From an uncultured bacterium (GTDB lineage Bacteria; Patescibacteriota; JABMPQ01; CAVVCK01), in NCBI GenBank assembly GCA_963746775.1, contig CAVVCK010000001.1, positions 275,050 through 339,049 on the forward strand: a DNA stretch of 64,000 nt. The letters are read 5' to 3'. Every line of letters begins with the position of its first letter. Within the stretch, counting starts at the first letter, position 1. Both the position numbers and the translations under genes were made by a program. Shown here piece after piece: positions 38,684 through 48,559 of this stretch. A model generated the notes under the pieces. The model was not told the DNA's origin. It worked only from the letters and a program-made list of their open reading frames with translations, and did no database searches.

Positions 38684-39264
38684 TAATTTCTGCCATGGGC
38701 AGAAGAAACTCCCGCCATGGGCGGGATAGAAGAAATATTCATACTAAATTCACACCCGCAATAATGCTGTCTGTATAAATTATATTTTTTACTTAACTCT
38801 ACTGATTTTCTAAAACCATCTTTCTTTTTAAAATCTATATCTAAAAATTTTATTTTAAACTCATTACCTAATTTATCCCCTATCTTTTTAATTTTTGCAA
38901 AATTTTTATAAGGTGAAATAGTCAAAGTTGTTGTAAAATAATCAAAACCTTCTCTGCTTGTTTCCTTAGCAACTTCCCTCAATCTTATCTCATAACATCT
39001 TAAACATCTCCTACCACCCTCTAGTTCTTTTTCCAAACCTCTCACCTGCTCTAACCAATTTTGATGATTATAATTTGCTTCAATTAACTTAATATTTATT
39101 TCTTTACAATATTTTTTTGTCTCTTCTAGTCTCTTTAAATATTCTTTTTCAGGATAAATATTGGAGTTACAAAACATACCAGTCACTTCATATTCTTCAC
39201 TTAATCTTTCAATAGAAGCAGTGGAACAAGGAGCGCAGCAGATATGGAGTAGAACTTTTTTCAT
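38680..39264 (-). CDS. queH: Epoxyqueuosine reductase QueH (DUF208), with a C-terminal extension encoded by the REP palindromes.
   Basis: LLHICCAPCS N-terminal motif and C-terminal YRQHYCGCEFS. The last ~20 codons (MNISSIPPMAGVSSAHGRNY) are read through the GC-rich palindromes. Confidence 0.8.
   Translation of the reverse strand: MKKVLLHICCAPCSTASIERLSEEYEVTGMFCNSNIYPEKEYLKRLEETKKYCKEINIKLIEANYNHQNWLEQVRGLEKELEGGRRCLRCYEIRLREVAKETSREGFDYFTTTLTISPYKNFAKIKKIGDKLGNEFKIKFLDIDFKKKDGFRKSVELSKKYNLYRQHYCGCEFSMNISSIPPMAGVSSAHGRNY
38688..38726. repeat. REP-like CCATGGG palindromes (right flank). They are embedded in the 3' end of the queH ORF.
   Basis: ttctgccatgggcagaa and tcccgccatgggcggga. Confidence 0.6.
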
Positions 39265-39464
39265 AGTCTATTGTTTTTTCAAATTTTACAATTAGCTTGC
39301 TATCTTAAAAGAAATTCATAGAAATACATGGAAATTAAGAAATTTATTGTGGCTCCTCACATACGTGGTTAACCACAATTAATTTCTATGAATTTCGGCC
39401 AAAGGCCATGTTTTTATTAGTTTCAACTTTTTAAAAACACTCAAGATACTAATAACACCATAAC

Positions 39465-41831
39465 TTACTTTTCTAGCACTTCTCTTAATACCTCATTCAT
39501 ATTTTCCACAAAAACAAACTTTATATCTCTCTGCACTTCTTTGGGTATATCAACTAAATCTTTTTTATTACTGGCCGGTATGATAACTTTTTTCATTCCA
39601 GCTCGATGGGCTGCCAAAACTTTTTCTTTCAATCCACCTATCTCCATGGCCTTACCGCGCAGAGTTACCTCTCCTGTCATAGCAATTTGTCTATTTATTT
39701 TCCTATTGGTTAGCAGTGATACTAAAACACTAGCAATAGCTAATCCAGCTGAGGGTCCATCTTTGGGAATAGCCCCAGATGGTACGTGAATATGCACATC
39801 ACTATTTTTATAAAATTCATCCTTAATACCTTCCTTGGCCGCCCTATTCTTGGCATAGGAAAAAGCTGCCTGGGCTGATTCTTTCATCACTTTGCCCAAA
39901 TGCCCAGTCAAAATTAATTGGCCCTTACCTGGCATTTTAATAGCTTCAATTGGTAATATCTCTCCTCCAGCCTGTGTCCAGGCCAATCCCATAACTACTC
40001 CTACTTCATTTTTCTTTTCTTTGGATGTTGCCTGATATTTTATGGGGCCTAAATAATCAGATAAATTATTACTAACCTTAAATTCTTTTCCCTCATTGCC
40101 TGATATTTTTTTAGCTACCTTGCGACAAATCGCAGCAATTTCTCTTTCTAAATTTCTCACTCCAGCCTCACGCGTATATTCCTCAATAATCTTATACATA
40201 GCAGATTTATTAATGTCTAGTTGTTTTTTATCTAGCCCATGTTCTTTCAATTGTTTAGAAAATAAATATTTCTTAGCAATTTGATATTTTTCATCATAGG
40301 TATAGCCAGAAAATTCAATAATTTCCATACGATCTCTTAGAGCTGGAGGTATGGTGTCCAGCATATTAGCAGTAGTTATAAACATAACATCAGACAAATC
40401 AAAAGGTGACTCTAAATAATGATCAGAAAATTCACTGTTTTGTTCTGGATCTAGCGCTTCTAATAAAGCTGAGGAAGGATCACCCCTAAAATCTGCCCCT
40501 ACTTTATCTATTTCATCTAACATAAATACTGGATTATGAGTACCAGCATTGTTAATACCTTGAATTATTCTGCCTGGCATAGCCCCAACATAAGTTCTCC
40601 GATGCCCTCTTATTTCCGCTTCATCACGAATACCCCCTAGACTCATCCTAATAAATTTACGTCCCAAGGCATGAGCTATAGATTTTCCAATAGAAGTTTT
40701 ACCAGTACCCGGAGGTCCGACAAAACATAAAATGGGTCCTCTTATTTTACCTACCATTTTCTGTACAGCTAAATACTCTAGTATTCTTTCTTTAACTTTT
40801 TTTAAGCCATAGTGATCTTTATCTAAAATTTTCTCAGCACTTCTAATATCTATTTTACTTTTTGATTTTCTACTCCAAGGTAAATCTACCAACCAGTTGA
40901 GATAGGTTCGAATATATGATATTTCAGGACTAAAAGAAGGCATAGCCACCATTCTTTTTAACTCTTTCAATGCCTTTTTTTCAGTCTCAGTAGGCATTCC
41001 CGCTTTTTTAATTTTCTTTTCCAGTTCATCATTCTCTGATTCTCCTCCTACTACCCCTAATTCTTTTTCAATTGATTTCATTTGTTCACGCAAAAACATT
41101 TCTTTTTGCATTTTACCCAATTCTTCTCCTGTATTTGATTCTATTTTCTTAGCTATTTTCAATATTTTTATTTGCCGTGATAATGATTCACTTACTTTCT
41201 GTAATTTATCTTGAATATCCATAGCTTCTAGAATCGCCTGCTTCTCCTGTAATTTAAAATTAACATGCAAGGCAATTAGATCAGTCAAGCGCCAAGGATT
41301 TTTAATATTAACGATTAAGAGTAAAACATCCAGGGGAACAGTAACACCTAAATTTACACATTCTTTAAATAAATTTATTACCGAATACATTAGAGCTTCA
41401 ATTTTTTCTGTTTTTTTATTATTTATTTCTGACTGTAGTTCATACTTAACTTTAAAAAAAGGGGTTTCTTGAATATATTCTCTAATTTTCATTTTAGAAA
41501 CACCTTCAATAAGTATTCTAATGGTATCATCGGGTTGTTTTACTATTTCGCGTATTTTAGCAACTACGCCGAATCTATATAAATCTTTTTCTTTAGGATT
41601 ATCTTTTTCTGGATCCATTTGAGTTACAAAACAAGCCATCCTGCCGTGTTGCATAGCAAAATCAATAGCCTTAATAGATCCTTCACGCTGAACTGCTACT
41701 GGTATCGCTATATGCGGGAAAATAACCATATCTCTAATAGGAACTAAGGGCATTTCTTGTAAATTTCTTGGTCTATGGCCTTTACTAAAGAATCCTTGTT
41801 CTTGGCTTTTATCTGTTTGTTTTTTATCCAT
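39465..41831 (-). CDS. lon: ATP-dependent Lon protease.
   Basis: LON N-domain, AAA+ GPPGTGKTS, and protease domain PKDGPSAG with catalytic Ser/Lys. Confidence 0.9.
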   Translation of the reverse strand: MDKKQTDKSQEQGFFSKGHRPRNLQEMPLVPIRDMVIFPHIAIPVAVQREGSIKAIDFAMQHGRMACFVTQMDPEKDNPKEKDLYRFGVVAKIREIVKQPDDTIRILIEGVSKMKIREYIQETPFFKVKYELQSEINNKKTEKIEALMYSVINLFKECVNLGVTVPLDVLLLIVNIKNPWRLTDLIALHVNFKLQEKQAILEAMDIQDKLQKVSESLSRQIKILKIAKKIESNTGEELGKMQKEMFLREQMKSIEKELGVVGGESENDELEKKIKKAGMPTETEKKALKELKRMVAMPSFSPEISYIRTYLNWLVDLPWSRKSKSKIDIRSAEKILDKDHYGLKKVKERILEYLAVQKMVGKIRGPILCFVGPPGTGKTSIGKSIAHALGRKFIRMSLGGIRDEAEIRGHRRTYVGAMPGRIIQGINNAGTHNPVFMLDEIDKVGADFRGDPSSALLEALDPEQNSEFSDHYLESPFDLSDVMFITTANMLDTIPPALRDRMEIIEFSGYTYDEKYQIAKKYLFSKQLKEHGLDKKQLDINKSAMYKIIEEYTREAGVRNLEREIAAICRKVAKKISGNEGKEFKVSNNLSDYLGPIKYQATSKEKKNEVGVVMGLAWTQAGGEILPIEAIKMPGKGQLILTGHLGKVMKESAQAAFSYAKNRAAKEGIKDEFYKNSDVHIHVPSGAIPKDGPSAGLAIASVLVSLLTNRKINRQIAMTGEVTLRGKAMEIGGLKEKVLAAHRAGMKKVIIPASNKKDLVDIPKEVQRDIKFVFVENMNEVLREVLEK

Positions 41832-41952
41832 TTTTAGATAATAATTTTAAATAATAAAAAATAATAACATGTATTATACTTATATTATAGCATATTTTAG
41901 GCTAATTTTCGAGATATTTCTAGCAATTTTATAAACACCCTGTAAAATTATC

Positions 41953-42264
41953 TTATAAAGGCATTTCCATCTCTACCCACCTTTCATCTTTCCAAACATA
42001 TGCTTTTACAAATTTTACCATTTCTGTCTCAGAAGTTACTTGCTCAATTTTTGAGGCAGTTACTCCCTTTCTTCTGCTATAATTAGTTTTTACATTTAAA
42101 ACTTTTGGTTTTACTGTCCGCTCAATTTTCATAAAGCCCAATGGCCCTTCGAATTCTATTGTCTCTGCTATGCCTCCTTCTTCTAATTCTTCCTCATATT
42201 CATCTTTTATTCCAAATTTTTCTTTGACCATATTTTTTACTTCAGTCCATTTTTCATTGGTCAT
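41953..42264 (-). CDS. Hypothetical protein.
   Basis: 103 aa. It lies downstream of, and in the same orientation as, the transglutaminase-like gene. Confidence 0.4.
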   Translation of the reverse strand: MTNEKWTEVKNMVKEKFGIKDEYEEELEEGGIAETIEFEGPLGFMKIERTVKPKVLNVKTNYSRRKGVTASKIEQVTSETEMVKFVKAYVWKDERWVEMEMPL

Positions 42265-42275
42265 AATTTTATATG

Positions 42276-43841
42276 TTATTTAGAATCGCGTAATTTTTTA
42301 TAAAATTCATTATATTTAAAAATGATATCTTTATTGGACACCCCTCTGTACATTTTTTCATATAGTTCTGGGTTAATTAATCTTAGATTCTCGCGAGCGA
42401 ATTCTATAATATCAGAAACATCCTCTTGATTCACCATTTTATTTAACGAAGAACCTCTACCATTTTTTGTTCTGTTGCGTAACCATCTCATAAGAGGTTT
42501 TTTCAAGAAAATTGCTTTGCCCAACATATATATAAATTCATTAAAATCTCCTTTATCCTTCTTTGGATTAAATCTAGGTAAAAATTCAGGATTATGTTCT
42601 CTTACTATCTTGCGCAACCTCATATTCTCATCCAATAATTTTATAAAATTATCTTTTTTTGATATTTCCTCTAAAATAATTCCTACAAATCTTTTATCTT
42701 TACTAGCAATAGTTTCCCATGGTTTCCTCAATCCGCCTTTTAGATTACATGTTCTCAAAAAATATTTTATATTAGTCTGATTATTTCTTATAATATCCTG
42801 TATTTTATCTAGGATAGAAGCTGGAAGCTCATCTATACCTATATCTTTATTCCCACTCAAAATATTACAAATATTCCAAAAATAATAAAATCTCTCATCT
42901 TCGTCTTCAACAGCTTCCATCTTATTTTTATAATAGTCTATCAATGTTGTTAATATCTCTTTATGCTCTTTTCTTTCAAATCCATGAGTAAAATTATAAT
43001 GAAATCCTCTTATAAACTCATCCATTCTTAGACCGGTATAATCATCATTATGTGGCTTTCCGGTCTCAAAATCATATTTAGCCCAAGTAGCATCTAAATC
43101 CATTACATCTAATTCTGAATTTTCATCAACATAAATAAAAGTATTCCAAGCATGCGTGTCATCACCAAATATTTTACCTTCGTTGGTAGGTTTGTGTTTT
43201 CTTGCACGAAAATCACCTATTTTATACAAACAATATAAATTTTGCGTTTTATACTTGCTTTTTTGATTTACCTTCAATGATTCAAATATGCCTTTTACTA
43301 CACAAGCATAATTTCTACATATACCATTACCTTTCCATTCTTTATTGTTAATATTTTTTCTTCCCTCTTCGAGAATTTCTAAAATTGTAGATCTATCAGC
43401 TTTTTCTCCATACGGCTTACCATCCTTATAAGAATAACGCATTAAACTCATGGCTATTTCTATAGATAGACCAACTAATTGTCTAGCCGATAAATCATTT
43501 ATATCATTTATCCCTAATCTTCTTCTAATTGCTTCCCCCTCATATGCAAGATAATTTTCTAAAAATTTATAGGTTTTTTCTTTCCAATTAGGATCTTCTG
43601 TTGTGTTTACATAAGTATTTTTATAATTAATATCACTCTCTGTGTTATCAATAATTTTTTTTAAGCTGCTGTTTAGCTCTACCTTATTATCATTGGGTTT
43701 TGGTTCTGGATTAAAATCATCAAAACTAATAAAGTTTAATTTAAAGCTTGGAAATTCTAAAGATTCGATAACTTTTTTAACCTCACTCTCTCCAAATTCA
43801 TCTAAATTTTCTCTATTTATTGGCAAACCTTCTGCTCTCAT
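42276..43841 (-). CDS. Transglutaminase-like cysteine protease superfamily protein.
   Basis: Cys motif GNGICRNYACVVKGIF, His motif HAWNTFIYVD, and a downstream Asp (DLDATW) in the expected order. Confidence 0.5.
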   Translation of the reverse strand: MRAEGLPINRENLDEFGESEVKKVIESLEFPSFKLNFISFDDFNPEPKPNDNKVELNSSLKKIIDNTESDINYKNTYVNTTEDPNWKEKTYKFLENYLAYEGEAIRRRLGINDINDLSARQLVGLSIEIAMSLMRYSYKDGKPYGEKADRSTILEILEEGRKNINNKEWKGNGICRNYACVVKGIFESLKVNQKSKYKTQNLYCLYKIGDFRARKHKPTNEGKIFGDDTHAWNTFIYVDENSELDVMDLDATWAKYDFETGKPHNDDYTGLRMDEFIRGFHYNFTHGFERKEHKEILTTLIDYYKNKMEAVEDEDERFYYFWNICNILSGNKDIGIDELPASILDKIQDIIRNNQTNIKYFLRTCNLKGGLRKPWETIASKDKRFVGIILEEISKKDNFIKLLDENMRLRKIVREHNPEFLPRFNPKKDKGDFNEFIYMLGKAIFLKKPLMRWLRNRTKNGRGSSLNKMVNQEDVSDIIEFARENLRLINPELYEKMYRGVSNKDIIFKYNEFYKKLRDSK

Positions 43842-43894
43842 TGTCTTGTTTATTTCTTAATATTATTACATTCTTATATATACCTACTCATGTA

Positions 43895-44917
43895 TTATTT
43901 TCTCACCAAATTATATATCTTATACCACAAACTCTGCAAAGGCTGATCCCAAGCTCCAATATAATTTTTTTCTATTCCAAATTCACGAGCAAAACCTTCT
44001 TTAAAACGTGTTATTCCTCCCCAATCTTGATTTTTATTTTTTGCTTCTTGATTTTTTCCCTTGACTCCCCAAAAATCATAATAATTACACCCCTGTCTTT
44101 TCGCTTCCTTTATAGCTTCCCACTGAATCAAATGAGGTGCCATATATTTTCTATCTTCATAGCTTGAAGCACCATGTAAATAAATAGCATTTTGATTATA
44201 AAAAGAAACTATAATGACTGAAATTATTTTACCTTCCAATTCTGCTACAAATAATTTTATTAAATCTAATTTACCAAAATATTCTAACTGCTTTTTATAA
44301 TACTCTTTAGGATGAGAACTAAATCCATCTCTTTCGGTCGTTTCTTCCATTAATTTCCAAAATGCCTCAAAATCTTTTTCACTACCACCAGATATTCTAA
44401 TTCTAACTCCTTTGCGCTCAGATAATCTAATATTATATCTAGCCTTGGAATGCATCTGAGCTAATATTTCCTCTTCTGACTGAGATATATCTAATATTAA
44501 AGTATTACCCGGATTTACTTCTTTTTTAGATTTTATAAATCCTAAATCAGCTAACAATTTTTTATTTTTATCATTGTAATTCCACTCTGGGTCTATACGG
44601 AAAAATACACAATTTTCTGATTTAGCTATTTCTTTTATTTTTTTTATAAATAATTTTAAAACATCTTTACTTATATTTGATAGCACTGGTCCTCGATTAC
44701 AATATAAATAGCCCTTCCCTAGTGGTAAATCATATTTTGTAATTAAGGCTGAAGCAATAATTTTATTTTCACTTAACACTGCTAACTGCCAAGTCTTTCT
44801 TCTTAATTCTTCTTGAAATTTCCCCCAATTAAAAGATTGGAATAAAGATGCTTTATTAATTTGCCAGAATTCTTCTGTTTGTTGTTTAATTTCTTGATTT
44901 ATTTCAATTATTTTCAA
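43895..44917 (-). CDS. FemAB-family aminoacyl-tRNA-dependent peptidyltransferase (peptidoglycan interpeptide bridge).
   Basis: GNAT-like duplicated fold. ...WGKFQEE...CNRGPV..., the coiled-coil insert, and ...GIEKNYIGAWD are typical FemX/FemAB features. Confidence 0.65.
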   Translation of the reverse strand: MKIIEINQEIKQQTEEFWQINKASLFQSFNWGKFQEELRRKTWQLAVLSENKIIASALITKYDLPLGKGYLYCNRGPVLSNISKDVLKLFIKKIKEIAKSENCVFFRIDPEWNYNDKNKKLLADLGFIKSKKEVNPGNTLILDISQSEEEILAQMHSKARYNIRLSERKGVRIRISGGSEKDFEAFWKLMEETTERDGFSSHPKEYYKKQLEYFGKLDLIKLFVAELEGKIISVIIVSFYNQNAIYLHGASSYEDRKYMAPHLIQWEAIKEAKRQGCNYYDFWGVKGKNQEAKNKNQDWGGITRFKEGFAREFGIEKNYIGAWDQPLQSLWYKIYNLVRK

Positions 44918-45507
44918 CAGTTTTTATTAATTATATTGCTACCCATATTCTTTAGCGCCCAAGTAATTTTATCCTCAGCCCGTTTTAAATTATCTGGAGT
45001 CTGCCTTACTATTTCTATAGCTTCTTTATTTGAATACCCTAGTTGTTTTAGAGCCTCAATTACCTCTTCACTATCTTTAATATTAGCACTTTCTTTTTCT
45101 GGTAATAATACTTCAATTTTATCTTTTATTTCCATTATAAATCTTTCCGCTTTCTTCCGACCTATACCAGAGACAGCATTGAAAAATAAAATATCTTTGG
45201 AAGCAACAGCTTTTTTTATTTCAGAAACTGATCCTTGCGCTAAAATAGCTAAGCCAACTTTTGGTCCAATGCCGCTCACAGATAAAATAGCTTCAAAAAA
45301 ATTCATTTCATCTAAAGTCTCGAAACCATAAAGAGCCAAAATATCTTCTCGAACATGAGTGTGTATAAAAAGTTCTGTTTCTTCTTTATCTTTTAATTTA
45401 AAATAGGTTTTTTCTGAAATAAAAACTTTATAGCCGACATTGCCGGAATTTATGATGATAAATTTATCATTTTTGTGAATAATATTACCTTTTATCCAGG
45501 AAATCAT
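44914..45507 (-). CDS. ruvA: Holliday junction branch migration complex subunit RuvA.
   Basis: OB-fold N-terminus, HhH motifs (VSGIGPKVGLAIL), and a C-terminal RuvB-interaction domain. Confidence 0.85.
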   Translation of the reverse strand: MISWIKGNIIHKNDKFIIINSGNVGYKVFISEKTYFKLKDKEETELFIHTHVREDILALYGFETLDEMNFFEAILSVSGIGPKVGLAILAQGSVSEIKKAVASKDILFFNAVSGIGRKKAERFIMEIKDKIEVLLPEKESANIKDSEEVIEALKQLGYSNKEAIEIVRQTPDNLKRAEDKITWALKNMGSNIINKNC

Positions 45508-45510
45508 ATA

Positions 45511-45563
45511 TTTAGAATTATGAATTTAGAATTTAGAATTTAGAATTTAGAATTTAGAATTTA
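45511..45563. repeat. 7-bp tandem repeat (gaattta) x ~6, immediately upstream of the ruvA start.
   Basis: tgaatttagaatttagaatttagaatttagaatttagaattat. Confidence 0.7.
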
Positions 45564-45638
45564 GAATTATTTTTGTCATAATTCATAATTCATTCCCCTT
45601 AATTCTATTTTACACGACTATTATAAAAATACAAAAAA

Positions 45639-45664
45639 ACGCGTGATTCTTATCACGCGTTTTT
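45639..45664. terminator. Terminator hairpin.
   Basis: aaaaaaacgcgtgattcttatcacgcgttttt. Confidence 0.6.
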
Positions 45665-45683
45665 AAATTAATTTTGTCCTCTA

Positions 45684-46307
45684 TTATTTCTTGTCCTTAT
45701 TGGCTTTATAATCAGCAATAGCTTTAACAACTTTTCCGTCATCTTTTAATTGTTCAACAAATAAAATTTGATCTTTATTTAGAATCATAGAATCTTCTGG
45801 ACCGTGTAATTCTTCACCTAATTTAATGAGGGTTAGACCTTGGCTATCTGTAGTTTGTCCTGGTTGTTCTAACACTTGTCCTTCTGTATTAGTATCTGTG
45901 GCTGTTCCTTGATCATCAGTAGCTTGTTGGCCGTCAGTAGCTGCTTGTGGAGATTGAGCTAATTGCAAATAGTAGATATCACTTAGAGAAGGATTAGTAG
46001 TATTATAACCTGCTATTTTACCGAAATAAACTTGCCCATTGCTTAAAAATACTGCATAATATTTACTGCTATCTAAATTTACCATATTAGCATTTTTCAC
46101 TTTTTCGCTATAAATAGCTCCAAAAAGAATAGAAGCACCTAATACTAAAACTGCTAAAACTAGAAAAATCAATGTTAACAATACAGACTTAGACATATTT
46201 GGGCTTTTTTTTGGTACAAAGCTAGATTCTGTTCTTGTTCTTGAACTTGGACCTGAACTTGACGATGCTCTTGATTTTGATCCTGAGCGAAGATTTATTT
46301 CGCGCAT
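45684..46307 (-). CDS. Membrane-anchored hypothetical protein.
   Basis: Ser/Arg-rich N-terminus, one TM helix, and an extracytoplasmic domain with a T/Q/D-rich linker. Confidence 0.45.
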   Translation of the reverse strand: MREINLRSGSKSRASSSSGPSSRTRTESSFVPKKSPNMSKSVLLTLIFLVLAVLVLGASILFGAIYSEKVKNANMVNLDSSKYYAVFLSNGQVYFGKIAGYNTTNPSLSDIYYLQLAQSPQAATDGQQATDDQGTATDTNTEGQVLEQPGQTTDSQGLTLIKLGEELHGPEDSMILNKDQILFVEQLKDDGKVVKAIADYKANKDKK

Positions 46308-46420
46308 AATTTTTATTGGTTAATTATTATACAAAATAACTATACATGGATATAGTTTTATATACAATTTATTGCTATGGTGATATTATCACATAAATAC
46401 CTTATAATAAAGTAAAGGCT

Positions 46421-48418
46421 GTGGATAAATTCAAATTACAAACAAATTTTAAATCAACCGGCGATCAACCTCAAGCTATTGAGGCTATTTGTAATAATTT
46501 AAAAAATAACGTTAAAAATCAAACATTGCTTGGAGTAACCGGCTCTGGCAAAACTTTTACAATGGCGGAAGTAATTGAGAAATATCAAAAACCAACTTTA
46601 GTTATTTCCCATAATAAAACTCTAGCTGCCCAACTAGCAAGCGAATTTCAATCTTTTTTCCCTAAAAATGCTGTCCATTATTTTGTCTCCTACTATGATT
46701 ATTATCAACCAGAAGCTTATATTTTAAAATCTGATACCTATATAGCCAAAGACGCCCAAGTAAATGAAGAGATAGATAGGCTTAGACACGCGGCCACTTC
46801 TTCGCTATTAATGAGATCAGATGTTATAGTTTGCGCTTCTGTTTCCTGTATCTATGGACTTGGCTCACCTTCCGATTATGAGAGTGTTAAAATATCACTA
46901 AAATTAGGTGAAGTAAGAATTATAGATTCAATTTTATCTCAATTGGCAGAAATAAATTATACTCGTAATAATATTGATTTGAGACGAGGCAATTTTAAAA
47001 TCAAGGGAGATATTTTAGAAATATTTCCTATTTATGAAAAAGAAAATGTTATTAGAATCGAGTTTTTTGGCAATGAAATAGAAAAAATAAAACAAGTGAA
47101 TTTCTTAACTGGGAAAGTAAATAAAGAATTAGAAAGAATAGATATTTATCCTGCTTCTCATTATGCTGTGCCTTTTGATAAGATGAAATTTGCTCTAAAT
47201 CAAATCAAAGAAGATTTAGGAATTAGACTTAGTGAATTAGAAAGAAAAAATAAATTAGTAGAAGCGCAGAGATTGGAACAAAGGACTAAATTTGATTTGG
47301 AAATGATTAAGGAAACTGGCTTTTGCAGCGGCATAGAAAATTATTCTCGATATTTTGACGGCCGGTCTCCCGGTGATGCACCTTATACCTTATTAGATTT
47401 TTTTCCAAAAGATTTTTTAATTATGATAGATGAATCGCATATGACTATCCCCCAAATTAATGGCATGTATTGGGGTGATCGTGCTCGCAAAGATTCTCTG
47501 GTTGAATATGGATTCAGATTGCCCTCCGCCTATGATAATAGACCACTTAAATTTAGTGAATTTGAAAAGAAAATAAATAAAGTCGTTTATGTTTCAGCTA
47601 CACCAAGTCCATATGAAAAAGAAAAATCCGGTAATAAAATAATTGAACAACTTGTCAGACCCACCGGCCTACTTGACCCAACTATAGAAATACAGCCAAC
47701 TAAAAACCAAATTGATAATTTATTGGAAGAAATTCAAATGCGAATTAAGAAGAAAGAAAGAATTCTAGTAACAACTTTAACTAAGAAACTAGCGGAAAAT
47801 TTATCAGAATATTTATCTGACATAGGCATTAAAGTACAATATTTGCATTCAGAAATAGATACCCTTGATCGTTTAGAAATAATTAAAAAATTAAGATCAG
47901 GCGTATTTGATGTTTTAGTAGGCATAAATCTACTACGCGAAGGATTAGATTTGCCTGAAGTATCTCTAATAGCTATTCTAGATGCTGATAAAGAAGGCTT
48001 CTTGCGATCTGAAACTGCCCTAGTTCAGACTATGGGACGAGCCGCCCGGCATATTAACGGCCACATTATCATGTACGCTGATAAGATAACTGGTTCTATG
48101 AGAAGGGCTATCAATGAAACTAAAAGAAGGAGAAAAATACAGGAAGAATATAATATAAAACATCATATTACCCCGCAGTCTATTAAGAAAAAAATAGATA
48201 ACTTTGATTTTATTGAAAAAAGATATAAAAAGCCTCAAAAAGAATCTATTTTACCTAAAAATATAAAAGATATAATTATGCGAGCCGATGAAAAAGGAAT
48301 TAAAAGATTAATTAGAGATTTAAATAATCAAATGGACTTGGCCGCTAAAAGCCTAGAATTTGAGAAAGCCGTAGTTTTAAGAGATGAAATTGAGAAAATA
48401 GAGAAAATTGTAAAATAA
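46421..48418 (+). CDS. uvrB: Excinuclease ABC subunit B.
   Basis: Helicase motifs (GVTGSGKTFT, DESH), beta-hairpin region, and C-terminal UVR domain (EFEKAVVLRDEIEKIE). Confidence 0.9.
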   Translation: MDKFKLQTNFKSTGDQPQAIEAICNNLKNNVKNQTLLGVTGSGKTFTMAEVIEKYQKPTLVISHNKTLAAQLASEFQSFFPKNAVHYFVSYYDYYQPEAYILKSDTYIAKDAQVNEEIDRLRHAATSSLLMRSDVIVCASVSCIYGLGSPSDYESVKISLKLGEVRIIDSILSQLAEINYTRNNIDLRRGNFKIKGDILEIFPIYEKENVIRIEFFGNEIEKIKQVNFLTGKVNKELERIDIYPASHYAVPFDKMKFALNQIKEDLGIRLSELERKNKLVEAQRLEQRTKFDLEMIKETGFCSGIENYSRYFDGRSPGDAPYTLLDFFPKDFLIMIDESHMTIPQINGMYWGDRARKDSLVEYGFRLPSAYDNRPLKFSEFEKKINKVVYVSATPSPYEKEKSGNKIIEQLVRPTGLLDPTIEIQPTKNQIDNLLEEIQMRIKKKERILVTTLTKKLAENLSEYLSDIGIKVQYLHSEIDTLDRLEIIKKLRSGVFDVLVGINLLREGLDLPEVSLIAILDADKEGFLRSETALVQTMGRAARHINGHIIMYADKITGSMRRAINETKRRRKIQEEYNIKHHITPQSIKKKIDNFDFIEKRYKKPQKESILPKNIKDIIMRADEKGIKRLIRDLNNQMDLAAKSLEFEKAVVLRDEIEKIEKIVK

Positions 48419-48448
48419 AAACTAGTGTGAGATATTCGAAATCCCTTC

Positions 48449-48487
48449 AGACATCCAATGTCTCTAAAGACATTGGATGTCTTTTTT
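48449..48487 (+). terminator. Rho-independent terminator.
   Basis: agacatccaatgtctctaaagacattggatgtct + TTTTTT. Confidence 0.6.
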
Positions 48488-48559
48488 GTTTTACTCTTGC
48501 CAATTTCAAGCATTAATGTTACCTTTTTAGTGCTCTAGAAAAGCAGAAAGGAGAAAATC

